Shown here piece by piece: positions 19,065-28,213 of a DNA stretch of 64,000 nt; within the stretch, counting starts at the first letter, position 1; each line of letters starts with the position of its first letter. The translations under genes were made by a program, and so were the position numbers. Source of the stretch: Minisyncoccota bacterium (GTDB lineage Bacteria > Patescibacteriota > Minisyncoccia > Phycocordibacterales > UBA9973); contig JBAZOQ010000001.1 in the NCBI GenBank assembly GCA_041648595.1, forward strand, positions 14,002 to 78,001, written 5' to 3'. The notes below the pieces were generated by a model, which ran no database searches, was not told where the DNA came from, and saw nothing but the letters and a program-made list of their open reading frames with translations.

Positions 19065-19135
19065 GCGGGATTAGTTTAGTGGCAGAATGAGTCCTTCCCA
19101 AGGATTAGACGGGGTTTCGATTACCCCATCCCGCA
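19065..19135 (+). tRNA. tRNA-Gly(CCC)
   Basis: Cloverleaf; anticodon arm agtcc-ttcccaa-ggatt; TTCGA loop. Confidence 0.93.
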
Positions 19136-19160
19136 CAGAATTTAGAAATTTAGCAAAGAA

Positions 19161-19196
19161 AAACCACCGAGAAGAGCATGGCTTTTCTTGGTGGTA
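19161..19196. terminator. Probable bidirectional terminator hairpin between tRNA-Gly and the convergent gene
   Basis: accaccgagaagagc-atg-gcttttcttggtggt flanked by A/T tracts. Confidence 0.6.
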
Positions 19197-19222
19197 ATTA
19201 TTTATATTACAAACCTTAACTT

Positions 19223-20575
19223 TTACTTCATTAAGATCATTTTTTTTGTCTGGCTGAAGTTGCCAGATTGAATTTTGTAGATGTACATTCCGCTAGCAAG
19301 CTGAGAAGCATCAAACTTGGTTTCATAACTTCCAGCAGGTTTTTCTTCATTAACTAACTCAACAACTTCTTTGCCGAGCATATCGTAAACTTTTAGAGTT
19401 ACGAAGCCGGATGCAGGAAGTGCATAACTAATTGTTGTAGAAGGATTAAACGGATTTGGATAATTCTGCGACAGATCAAATTTTGTTGGTACAGAAGTTA
19501 CTTCTTCGGTTACATCTGTAACTCCTGAAGGTTTAAGAATAATTGGTTTTCCATTATTCAAAGTTCCATTCACTTCTATTTCTGATAATTTTGCTCCATT
19601 AATAATAACATAAGAACCTTTATCAAGAGCATCATTTGTTGCAAAAGAGATTTTTGTAACGCCATCTTTTGTGTTTACAGAATTCAGTGTTTTGGATAGT
19701 GAACCTTTTTCAATCCAAGCTCCTTTTGGGAGCTTAAGATTAAGATCTCCATTAGTTAAGCTGTCAGAGAAGATTAGTTTAATAGTATTATTTGACAGTT
19801 GTTGTAGTGCGACTTCACCTTTAGTGGTATTAATACCAAGGCCACAACCTCCTTCATAGTAGTATCCATTTTCAACTGGATAGTAACTAATCACATTAAA
19901 ATGTTTCCAAGTTCTATACAAAGCATCTTGGCTAGATACTTGTAGGTCGCCGGTTACATCGTAATAGGCTAAACTTTTTTGATCAATTACCATGATTTTC
20001 CCTGTAGAAAAATCAAGAATTCTAAAAATATCCAGTGTTCCATTATCTCCACCCCACACTCCATCGTTAAATACGGTTATTTTTGCCGAACTTCCAGAAG
20101 CATAGTATTGAGTATGTTCTAGATTACTTTTTGTGAAAATAGTTTGTCCAAAAATAATATATTCTTCCGTTTTATTAGCCATATCTGGATATTGATTAGC
20201 GATTACACTAATTCTTACAGGAGTAAAATAGCTGTGAAAAATTCCATCACTGAATAATCCCCAATGAATAGTGTTGTGATTTGTTGTTGGGTCATAAGAT
20301 AATAATGGGTATGAATAATTATCATTCCAATACCATTCATTCAACGTAACTGTGTTTCGACTTTCAAAGTCAAAACTTAATCTGTCTGAAGAAAATATTG
20401 TCGATTCAACACCGACTATACTATCTCCAGAAAAAATGACAGGTACCTGATAATGACCACCGGCTACCATCAGTGCATTGTTAATTTGCAAATAACTATC
20501 AGATGATGGTAACGTTTGTGCAAAAATGCCCATAGAAAACAAAATGAACAATGAAAGAAAAAGTAACTTTTTCAT
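19223..20575 (-). CDS. Secreted protein with T9SS type-A C-terminal sorting domain
   Basis: Signal peptide MKKLLFLSLFILFSMGIFAQ; C-terminus LSQNYPNPFNPSTTI...VYDMLGKEV...LASGMYIYKI...TKKMILMK. Confidence 0.9.
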   Translation of the reverse strand: MKKLLFLSLFILFSMGIFAQTLPSSDSYLQINNALMVAGGHYQVPVIFSGDSIVGVESTIFSSDRLSFDFESRNTVTLNEWYWNDNYSYPLLSYDPTTNHNTIHWGLFSDGIFHSYFTPVRISVIANQYPDMANKTEEYIIFGQTIFTKSNLEHTQYYASGSSAKITVFNDGVWGGDNGTLDIFRILDFSTGKIMVIDQKSLAYYDVTGDLQVSSQDALYRTWKHFNVISYYPVENGYYYEGGCGLGINTTKGEVALQQLSNNTIKLIFSDSLTNGDLNLKLPKGAWIEKGSLSKTLNSVNTKDGVTKISFATNDALDKGSYVIINGAKLSEIEVNGTLNNGKPIILKPSGVTDVTEEVTSVPTKFDLSQNYPNPFNPSTTISYALPASGFVTLKVYDMLGKEVVELVNEEKPAGSYETKFDASQLASGMYIYKIQSGNFSQTKKMILMK

Positions 20576-20848
20576 TTTAGAACTCCTTGAAATAAATTTA
20601 TTTTTTACCCAACCTGTTTGGTATGGGTAGTGAGATATATTCCCACTAATTTAAGGGTGAAATGGGATAATACGCCATCAAATTAGTGAGAATATCTCTA
20701 ATATTGTCAAAGTACCTTATATTTGTATATATTAGCACTTTTAGTCTAAAATGTCAAGTAAATTTCGCTTAACGCATATGCTATAATATAAGTATTAAAA
20801 ATAATCCCGATATTAATTGGGGCACCCGATTATCGGGATTAAAAACAT

Positions 20849-21085
20849 ATGAAAAATGTAATAATTTATTCAACACCATCTTGTCATTATTGTCGTTTGG
20901 CTAAAGATTTTTTTACTGCAAATAGTATTGTCTATATAGAGCATAATGTTGCTAGTGATCTTGAAAAAAGAAAAGAAATGGTAGAAAAAAGTGGACAAAT
21001 GGGTGTGCCAGTAATTATCATAGATAATGAGATTGTTGTTGGTTTTGATAAACCAGAGCTAGCAAAGATGTTAGGACTTGTTTAG
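20849..21085 (+). CDS. Glutaredoxin-like protein (NrdH/YruB family)
   Basis: YSTPSCHYC, SGQMGVPVI, VGFD. Confidence 0.92.
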   Translation: MKNVIIYSTPSCHYCRLAKDFFTANSIVYIEHNVASDLEKRKEMVEKSGQMGVPVIIIDNEIVVGFDKPELAKMLGLV

Positions 21086-21132
21086 GTTGTCTTAATAACC
21101 TTTTTGATAAGCTTGGTATCATCGTGGGAGCT

Positions 21133-22074
21133 ATGAAAAAAATATTTAAAATAATCTTTTCTGTAATTATAATAAGTGTTACAGTTTTTTTATTTCGTAC
21201 AGAATTTGAACAAATTTTTTTTGATTTACAAAATAAATATTTTCCATGTAGTAAACCTATAACATATTCTTTAGGTTCTTTTGATGAAAAATTTGGTATA
21301 TCAAAAGAAGAATTTCTTAAGGTTGTAAATACTGCAGAAATAATATGGGAAAAGTCTATTGATAAGAAGCTTTTTATTTATGAATCAAACGGTGCTGGTG
21401 CTTTAAAAATAAATTTAATTTATGACACAAGACAAGAAGCTACACAGAAATTAAAAGATATAGGTATAACAGTAGATGACAATAGAGCATCTTTTAATAG
21501 CTTAAAGTTGAAATATGACGCTATGCAATCTGATTATTTGAAGTTTAAAAATGCATTTGAATCGGAAATTGTGTTATTTAAAAACCGTCAAAAAGCTTAC
21601 GAAGAAGAAGTTGCGTATTTAAATAAAAATGGTGGTGCATCTAAAGATATTTATAATCGTTTAAATAAAGAAAAAAAATATCTTGATCAAAAATTTTTAG
21701 AAATAAATAAATTGCAGGCAGAACTTAACTTAAAAGCAGATGATGTCAATGCGACAGTTATTGTCTTAAATCGTCTTGTTTCTTCTTTAAATATAGATGT
21801 AAAAAAATTTAATACAATTGGAGATGAACTTGGTGGAGAATTTGAAGAAGGTACTTATAAAGAAAATTCAACAGGCAAAGAAATTGACATATATCAATTT
21901 AACGATGAAGGGAAGTTGGCAAGAGTTTTAACACATGAATTTGGACATGCCCTGGGACTCCAGCATATAGAAAATCCTAAAGCTGTTATGTATCGTTTTA
22001 ATAATGGTATAAATGAAACATTAATGATAGAAGACATTCTTGCTCTAAAAGAGTATTGTGATTTACCTATATAA
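21133..22074 (+). CDS. Matrixin-family zinc metalloprotease with coiled-coil insert
   Basis: HEFGHALGLQH and AVMY Met-turn; N-terminal TM helix. Confidence 0.88.
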   Translation: MKKIFKIIFSVIIISVTVFLFRTEFEQIFFDLQNKYFPCSKPITYSLGSFDEKFGISKEEFLKVVNTAEIIWEKSIDKKLFIYESNGAGALKINLIYDTRQEATQKLKDIGITVDDNRASFNSLKLKYDAMQSDYLKFKNAFESEIVLFKNRQKAYEEEVAYLNKNGGASKDIYNRLNKEKKYLDQKFLEINKLQAELNLKADDVNATVIVLNRLVSSLNIDVKKFNTIGDELGGEFEEGTYKENSTGKEIDIYQFNDEGKLARVLTHEFGHALGLQHIENPKAVMYRFNNGINETLMIEDILALKEYCDLPI

Positions 22075-22086
22075 TAATATTTTTTG

Positions 22087-22158
22087 TGTCCTCGCCGGGA
22101 GTCGAACCTGGATCAGCTCGTTAGGAGTGAGCTATTCTATCCATTGAACTACGAGGAC
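22087..22158 (-). tRNA. tRNA-Arg(CCT)
   Basis: Reverse-complement cloverleaf; anticodon loop ctcctaa; GGTTCGACTCC. Confidence 0.93.
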
Positions 22159-22243
22159 TTCAGTTAAGAACTATTTTAATTTAACACAAAAAAAAGAAAT
22201 TTGGAAATTGGCTTTTTAAAAGAGCTATGCTAAAATGTTATTT

Positions 22244-22522
22244 ATGGATCCTGAATTAAAGCAAATGCTTCAGAAAACATTAGCACTTTCTGAAGAAAAC
22301 AATCTTATTTTGCATAAGATTAGAGGAGTTCAGAAGAGGGAATTTATTTGGAGAACATTAAAAATTATTGTAATAATAGGTATAACACTTGGATCTTTTT
22401 ATTATTTAGAACCATATTTAAATAAAATAATGGATTTATATAGTTCGATTTCGGGTGTAGAGCAAAAAGTAAATGGTGCTTCAAATGATTCTTTATTTCA
22501 AGGTTTATTAAAGAAATTTTAA
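22244..22522 (+). CDS. Hypothetical membrane protein
   Basis: MDPELKQ...; one TM helix; TGCTAAAAT 7 nt upstream of ATG 22244. Confidence 0.75.
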   Translation: MDPELKQMLQKTLALSEENNLILHKIRGVQKREFIWRTLKIIVIIGITLGSFYYLEPYLNKIMDLYSSISGVEQKVNGASNDSLFQGLLKKF

Positions 22523-22534
22523 AATATTAAATAT

Positions 22535-22606
22535 GCCTAGGTAGCTCAGTAGTAGAGCGTTCCCCTGAAGAGGGACAGGTCGGGTGTGCGATTCACCCCC
22601 TAGGCA
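22535..22606 (+). tRNA. tRNA-Phe(GAA)
   Basis: gcctagg acceptor stem; anticodon loop ctgaaga. Confidence 0.9.
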
Positions 22607-22625
22607 CAAAATAAAATTATCCAGA

Positions 22626-23096
22626 TTAAATAGATCTAACTTTAATAGTATTCCTTTTTTCTTTGTCTACTTTTTGTATTTTTATAGTTAACAAGCCATG
22701 TTTTTCTGTGGCTTCAACTTCTTCTGGTTCTACTTCTTGTGGTAACAGTACTGCACGAGAGAATTTTCCCCAGTAAAGTTCTTTAACAAAATAATTTTCA
22801 TCATCTATGTTTTTGTTTTCTTCTCTTTTACCTTTTATAGTAATCATATCTCTTGCAATAGTGATCTCTAGGTCTTCTGGTTTAACACCAGCAACCATAG
22901 TTTGCAAAATAATATCTGTTGGTGTTTGATAGACATCCACAGTTAATTCCATTTCTTCATTTTCTTCCTCCATCCAACTATTGCTGTTTTTTTTGTCTAT
23001 TTTATTAACAGATATATTTTTTACATTTTCATTCTCTTCTTCAACATGATTGCTTCCAGTTAATCTATCAAAAAAACTTCTTTTTTTATTTTCCAT
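22626..23096 (-). CDS. Hsp20/alpha-crystallin family chaperone
   Basis: VDVYQT, AGVKPEDLEI, ELYWGKFSR..LP, HGLLTI. Confidence 0.93.
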   Translation of the reverse strand: MENKKRSFFDRLTGSNHVEEENENVKNISVNKIDKKNSNSWMEEENEEMELTVDVYQTPTDIILQTMVAGVKPEDLEITIARDMITIKGKREENKNIDDENYFVKELYWGKFSRAVLLPQEVEPEEVEATEKHGLLTIKIQKVDKEKRNTIKVRSI

Positions 23097-23140
23097 ATTT
23101 TTTTAATCCAGATATTAAATATATAATATCTATTTAATTT

Positions 23141-23833
23141 TTAATTTTCTACTTCCATTCTTCTTAGTTTTTCAAAAAGTAATATAATAATAATTGTAAC
23201 GACCCAAAGAAAACCTAGTACTCTTAAAAAATAGTTTCCATTATCTTCCATTATAAAAAAATTAAAGGTACTATGCAAGACTATAGCTAATATTATACCC
23301 CCTAAAAGATATAATTTTTTTACAAATTTACCCATAAAAAACGAAAGTCCTAAAGCTATTCCTATGGTACCTGTTGAAACAGCATGGAGTAGCGTAGATC
23401 CTAAAAACCTGAGTTGACCTGTGAGTAGGCCTACCGTAGTTTGGTTAAGTGAGAATGGTTCTATTAGAAACATTGTATTTTCAAGAGCTGCGAATCCTAA
23501 TGCCACAGTAATTAAAAAAATAGGCCAATCTATCGGTTCATCTATACGATTTGTTTTAGAAAGAAGAATTACTACACATAAATATTTTATTAATTCTTCT
23601 ACACTTGCCCAGCCAATAATTTGCCACTCATATGAACTTACAGTATTTTGTATAAATTTTTGGATTGGTATAACAAAAATAACAGAAATCATACCAACAA
23701 AAAACAAAGAAGCAATGAGTCCTTTTGGTTCAGGATTTAAATTGTCTTCTTTTAACCAAAACCAAAGCCAAAGAAGGGCAGGAATAACACCACCTAAAAG
23801 TGCTAAAAATAAAATTTTTGGATCAGTTGTCAT
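23141..23833 (-). CDS. PrsW-family intramembrane glutamic protease
   Basis: EELIK, GFAALEN, H motifs, multiple TM helices. Confidence 0.88.
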   Translation of the reverse strand: MTTDPKILFLALLGGVIPALLWLWFWLKEDNLNPEPKGLIASLFFVGMISVIFVIPIQKFIQNTVSSYEWQIIGWASVEELIKYLCVVILLSKTNRIDEPIDWPIFLITVALGFAALENTMFLIEPFSLNQTTVGLLTGQLRFLGSTLLHAVSTGTIGIALGLSFFMGKFVKKLYLLGGIILAIVLHSTFNFFIMEDNGNYFLRVLGFLWVVTIIIILLFEKLRRMEVEN

Positions 23834-26027
23834 TGGGTTTACCCTGAGCAAAGTCGAAGGGCCATTTTTCTACTAATAAAAGTTTTTTGTCTTTTTGTAG
23901 TGGCATCATGGACCATATTTCTTCTGTGATGAATGGTATAAAAGGATGAAGAGCTTTAAGAAGTGTAGTGAGTTGTGAAAGTAATAATACTCGTGCTGAA
24001 ATAGTATTTTTGTTTTCGAGAATTTTTTTCTTTGAACGTTCAATTATTATATCAGCAAAAGTGTGCCAGAAATAATGATAAAGTTTCTCGGCTACAATGT
24101 AGAATTTATATTCGTCCATTTCCTTTGTAATTTCTGTTATTAAATTCTGTAATTCTTTTTCTGATTTTTTATCTTCTTCATCAAGTTCTGTTTCTTTTGT
24201 TGAATCAAAGTCTTTTGTGTTTTCTAATACGAAACGTGCAGCATTCCAGATTTTATTGGTAAATTTGCTGTATGCTTTAACTTTTTGAATATCAAATTTA
24301 CTATCTGCTCCAGGACCTATACCCACAATCATTGACATGCGGAGAGCGTCTGCCCCATATTCATTGATAACTTCTATTGGGTCAATACCATTACCTAGAG
24401 ATTTACTAAATTTTTGTCCTTTCGCATCTCTGAGTATTCCATGAAGATATACCACTTTAAAAGGAATTTCTCCTATTAAATATTGGGACATTAAAATCAT
24501 ACGTGCCACCCAGAAGAATAAAATTTCATAACCAGGATTAATGACACTCGTAGGATGATATGTTTCTAAGTCACTTCCTTTTTTTGGTTTACCATGAGCG
24601 TAGTCGAATGGCCATCCAAGTGTAGAAAAAGTCCAAAGTCCAGAAGAAAACCAAGTATCCAGAGTATCTTCATCTTGAATCCAACCTTCACCCTCTGGTG
24701 TTTCAATTCCACAATATACTTCTTTGTTTTTATACCAAACTGGGATTCTATGTCCATACCAAATTTGTCGTGATATACACCAATCGCGTAGATTTTCTAT
24801 CCAGTTGAAATAAACTTTTTCAAAGTGGTCTGGTAGAATATTTATTTTATTATCTCGTACCGGCTCGAGCATTAATTCTTTAAGTGTTTTATTTCCTCGA
24901 GAGGAGATTTTTTTATTTACATCAATGAACCACTGGAGCATTATTTGTGGTTCTATTATTCCACCAGTTCGTTCAGCCGTCGCAATTCTATTTATATAAT
25001 TTTCATCAATAGAAACAAGTAATCCTTTTGTTTTTAATTTTTCAACAATTTTTTCTCGAGCATCTAAGATTTTCATGCCGGCAAATTCTCCTGCGATGGG
25101 TAAAAGTTTGCTGTATTTATCAATAATTTGTTCTTTGTCTAATTTGTATTTTTCTGCCAATACGAAGTCTTCATGGGAGTGCCAAGGAGTAATGGTCATA
25201 ACCCCAGTGCCGAATTCCATATCGATTATCTCATCCTTGATTATAGTGGCTTCTATTGGGCCATTTATCCATTCTACGGTTAATTTATCGCCATGTTTCC
25301 ATTTACTGTATCTTTCATCTTTTGGATGCATTACGACGTATTTATCACCAAATTTTGTTTCTGGACGAGCGGTACCTATTTCGAAAGGCCCATATTTAAA
25401 AGTATAGAATTTACTCTTTTTTTCTTCATAAACTAACTCATCATCAGATATGACTGTTTGACCCTTTGGATCCCAGTTTACTATTCTATGACCTCTATAA
25501 ATTAAACCGTCGTCGTACATTTTTTTGAAAACAGTGCGAACCGCTAAATTCCTTTTTTCATCAAAAGTAAAAGCTTCTCGTGACCAATCAAGAGATGCAC
25601 CAACTTTACGCAATTGACTTACTATTGTTTTGCGACTATCTGCAACAAATGTGTTTACTCGTTCTAAGAATTTTTCTCGCCCAATATCTTTTTTCTTTAA
25701 TCCTTCTTTTTCTAGAATTTTTGTTATTTTAGAATCTGTTGCAATTGCTGCATGGTCGGTGCCAGGAAGCCAAAGAGTTTTTTCTCCGCGCATACGGTGG
25801 TAACGTATCATTGTATCTTGCATTGAATCTTCAAGCACATGACCTAAATGTAAGACACCAGTGGCATTTGGAGGGGGGAGAACGATAGAAAATTTTGGAG
25901 CATCTTTTTTAATTATGCCTTTCTCAATACATATGTCTGGATTAAAAAAACCGCTCTCTTCCCAGAGTTTATAAATTTTATCTTCTATTTCTTTTGGGTC
26001 GTAGGGTTTTAGCAATCTTTCATCCAT
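23823..26027 (-). CDS. valS: Valine--tRNA ligase (short form lacking the C-terminal coiled coil)
   Basis: PPPNATGVLHLGH, DWCISRQIWYGH, DTWFSS, KFSKS. Confidence 0.97.
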   Translation of the reverse strand: MDERLLKPYDPKEIEDKIYKLWEESGFFNPDICIEKGIIKKDAPKFSIVLPPPNATGVLHLGHVLEDSMQDTMIRYHRMRGEKTLWLPGTDHAAIATDSKITKILEKEGLKKKDIGREKFLERVNTFVADSRKTIVSQLRKVGASLDWSREAFTFDEKRNLAVRTVFKKMYDDGLIYRGHRIVNWDPKGQTVISDDELVYEEKKSKFYTFKYGPFEIGTARPETKFGDKYVVMHPKDERYSKWKHGDKLTVEWINGPIEATIIKDEIIDMEFGTGVMTITPWHSHEDFVLAEKYKLDKEQIIDKYSKLLPIAGEFAGMKILDAREKIVEKLKTKGLLVSIDENYINRIATAERTGGIIEPQIMLQWFIDVNKKISSRGNKTLKELMLEPVRDNKINILPDHFEKVYFNWIENLRDWCISRQIWYGHRIPVWYKNKEVYCGIETPEGEGWIQDEDTLDTWFSSGLWTFSTLGWPFDYAHGKPKKGSDLETYHPTSVINPGYEILFFWVARMILMSQYLIGEIPFKVVYLHGILRDAKGQKFSKSLGNGIDPIEVINEYGADALRMSMIVGIGPGADSKFDIQKVKAYSKFTNKIWNAARFVLENTKDFDSTKETELDEEDKKSEKELQNLITEITKEMDEYKFYIVAEKLYHYFWHTFADIIIERSKKKILENKNTISARVLLLSQLTTLLKALHPFIPFITEEIWSMMPLQKDKKLLLVEKWPFDFAQGKPNDN
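23838..23861 (-). repeat. 24-bp in-frame element at the valS 3' end
   Basis: cccttcgactttgctcagggtaaa (PFDFAQGK). Confidence 0.88.
24588..24611 (-). repeat. 24-bp in-frame element in valS
   Basis: ccattcgactacgctcatggtaaa (PFDYAHGK). Confidence 0.88.
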
Positions 26028-26065
26028 ATTTAAATAATATCATAAAATAAAAGGGTTTTCTACCT

Positions 26066-26180
26066 ACAAAAAAGACAAAACATCTTTTAAAAAGCATTGC
26101 GCAGGCTGACGAGCCGAGCATAGCAAATTTTCAGCAGAAAATTATGTGCGGTTTTTAAAAGATGTTTTGTCTTTTTTTGT
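26066..26180. repeat. Long hairpin with 26-bp perfect arms between tsaD and valS
   Basis: aaaaaagacaaaacatcttttaaaaa and its reverse complement; the core shares 19 nt with the insertion in tsaD. Confidence 0.85.
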
Positions 26181-27382
26181 TAGAGGCTAAGGTTTCCTTT
26201 GGCCTTTATGCTCGAGATTTTTGGTACTTTTTTCTTATTTTTTATAAATTGTAGATATCCAGCTACACCTATCATTATTGAATTATCTCCTGTTAATTTT
26301 TTTTCTGGGAAAAGTAATATAGTATTTTTTTCTACAATTTTTTTCATTTGTCTTTGTAAATGTTCATTACAAGATACACCACCAGCTACTATGATTGTTT
26401 TTGCTTTATATTTTTCTTTTGCTTTAATTGTTTTATAAATAAGAGTTTCTACTACAGCATTTTCAAATTCTAGTGCAATAGCTTGTTTTATTTTTTCATT
26501 TTGCCCGCCTGCCTCGTTATGCGAAGCATTTCGGGCAGGTAATATATTAGGATTTTCTTTTTTAAGGTCACGTATTAAATAAAGTACTGCAGTTTTTAAT
26601 CCTGAAAATGAAAAATCAAAATTTTTACTGTAGAGCATAGGGCGGGGAAGAGCGAAGGAAAAACAATCTTTGTGGGGTGTCTCGCAGGCTGACGAGCCGA
26701 GAGGCAGCGCTCCGCGAGCACGCGGAGACAGCGACCCCAGAAAGATTGGTTTTTCTGTAGCTCTTTTTTTTTCAGCTAATTTTGAAATTTCTGGTCCTCC
26801 TGGATAAGGCAGATCCATCATTCTAGCTACTTTGTCATATGCTTCTCCTGCAGCATCATCTAATGTTTGACCAATGATTTTGTATTGTAGCCAATTTTTT
26901 GAGAGTACAAGCTCTGTGTGCCCACCAGAAACGAGAAGAGATAAAATAGGGAATTCTATTTTAGGAATTGTAAAACTACCCTTGCTTTTAGCAAATACAG
27001 ATACTATATGTCCTTCCATGTGATTAACTGGTATAAGTGGTACATCCCATTTTTCTGCAAGTTCTTTTGCAAAAACTATTCCACTCCAAAGTGAAGGTTC
27101 TAGCCCTGGTCCATAAGTGACTGCTATTAGATCAACTGGTTTTTCTTTTTTAGCTAATTTGGATTTTTTAAGAGCTTTTTCTAATAGTATTGGTAAATTT
27201 TTTATATGTTCACGTTTTGCGAGCATAGGGAATACTCCACCATAAGGAGTATGAATTGCTATTTGTGAATTTGAAAAATTAGATAAAATATTAAATGAAG
27301 CAAAACCATTTTTATTGAGATTTGCATCCATTATTGTTATGGCTGTATCGTCACAGCTAGTTTCTATACTTAATATTTTCAT
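26180..27382 (-). CDS. tsaD: tRNA N6-threonylcarbamoyltransferase subunit with two insertions
   Basis: IETSCDDT, GPGL, NHMEGH, LLVSGGHT, TLDDAAGEAYDK, FSFSGLKT, AGGVSCN, DNSIMI. Confidence 0.97.
   Translation of the reverse strand: MKILSIETSCDDTAITIMDANLNKNGFASFNILSNFSNSQIAIHTPYGGVFPMLAKREHIKNLPILLEKALKKSKLAKKEKPVDLIAVTYGPGLEPSLWSGIVFAKELAEKWDVPLIPVNHMEGHIVSVFAKSKGSFTIPKIEFPILSLLVSGGHTELVLSKNWLQYKIIGQTLDDAAGEAYDKVARMMDLPYPGGPEISKLAEKKRATEKPIFLGSLSPRARGALPLGSSACETPHKDCFSFALPRPMLYSKNFDFSFSGLKTAVLYLIRDLKKENPNILPARNASHNEAGGQNEKIKQAIALEFENAVVETLIYKTIKAKEKYKAKTIIVAGGVSCNEHLQRQMKKIVEKNTILLFPEKKLTGDNSIMIGVAGYLQFIKNKKKVPKISSIKAKGNLSL
26658..26755 (-). repeat. GC-rich in-frame hairpin insertion in tsaD (~32 codons)
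   Basis: gaaaaacaatctttgtgggg...ccccagaaagattggtttttc; encodes KPIFLGSLSPRARGALPLGSSACETPHKDCF. Confidence 0.85.
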
Positions 27383-27383
27383 G

Positions 27384-27457
27384 TGGGCGGTACAAGACTC
27401 GAACTTGTTGCCTCGTCGACGTCAACGACGCGCTCTAACCAAATGAGCTAACCGCCC
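27384..27457 (-). tRNA. tRNA-Val(GAC)
   Basis: Cloverleaf; cgtcg-ttgacgt-cgacg anticodon arm. Confidence 0.93.
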
Positions 27458-27466
27458 AAACTGTAA

Positions 27467-28213
27467 TTATACAGCGAACTTTTCTAATATTTCAAGTTCT
27501 TCTTTTGTGTTTGCTCCTAATGCTTCATGAGATTCTATTTGTATGGCTTCCACTTTTTTTCCTTCTTTTGAGGCTAAGTGAAGGAGATCTGTTAAATAAT
27601 ATTCATTCTGTATATTATTATTTTTTACTTTTTCTAAATTTTTCCAAAGCCATTTTGCATCAAAAGCATAACTTCCAGCATTTACTTCTTTTATTAATTT
27701 TTCTTTTTCATTAGCATCTTTGTATTCACGAATGCCTGTAATTTTCCCATCTTTTCTTAAAATTCTTCCAAAAGCAAGAAATCCTTTTCTCCAGTCTTTA
27801 AAATCTGACACTTCCGTCGTTGTAAATGTTATTTTAGTTTTTGCTTTTAGGTGTTTTTTTAATAAATTTTTTAATGTTTCTGAAGATATTAAAGGTTGGT
27901 CTCCAGATAAGACGATTATATGTTTTGCGTCATTACAATATTCTCTTGCACAAAATACAGCATGTCCAGTACCTAGTTGTTCTTCTTGTATTGCATAAAA
28001 ACAAGAATCTTTAAGTTCGGATTCCACTAATTCTTTATTATGTCCTATTATTGCTATCGGTTTTTGGTTGAATGCTTTTTTTGCTGATTTTAAAATGTAT
28101 TTTATCATTGGTTTACCGTTTAGTTTCAATAAAATTTTTGGCAAATCACTCTGCATTCTTTTACCTTTTCCTGCTGCTAATATTATTATTTTTATATCTT
28201 TTAAATTTTCCAT
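27467..28213 (-). CDS. Nucleotidyltransferase, GlmU N-terminal (uridyltransferase) domain only
   Basis: ILAAGKGKRMQSDLPK, QEEQLGTGHAV, SGDQP, NNIQNEYYLTD; no hexapeptide domain. Confidence 0.88.
   Translation of the reverse strand: MENLKDIKIIILAAGKGKRMQSDLPKILLKLNGKPMIKYILKSAKKAFNQKPIAIIGHNKELVESELKDSCFYAIQEEQLGTGHAVFCAREYCNDAKHIIVLSGDQPLISSETLKNLLKKHLKAKTKITFTTTEVSDFKDWRKGFLAFGRILRKDGKITGIREYKDANEKEKLIKEVNAGSYAFDAKWLWKNLEKVKNNNIQNEYYLTDLLHLASKEGKKVEAIQIESHEALGANTKEELEILEKFAV

Noticed and set aside
20803-20840. aatcccgata...tatcgggatt hairpin before the glutaredoxin gene as a family A copy
   Set aside because: Shares only ATCCCG/CGGGAT, lacks the TTAGA core and ends 8 nt before the ATG; membership unsupported.
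23823-28213. valS and the glmU-like gene as pseudogenes
   Set aside because: Frames are intact with full catalytic motifs; shortened forms fit a reduced genome.
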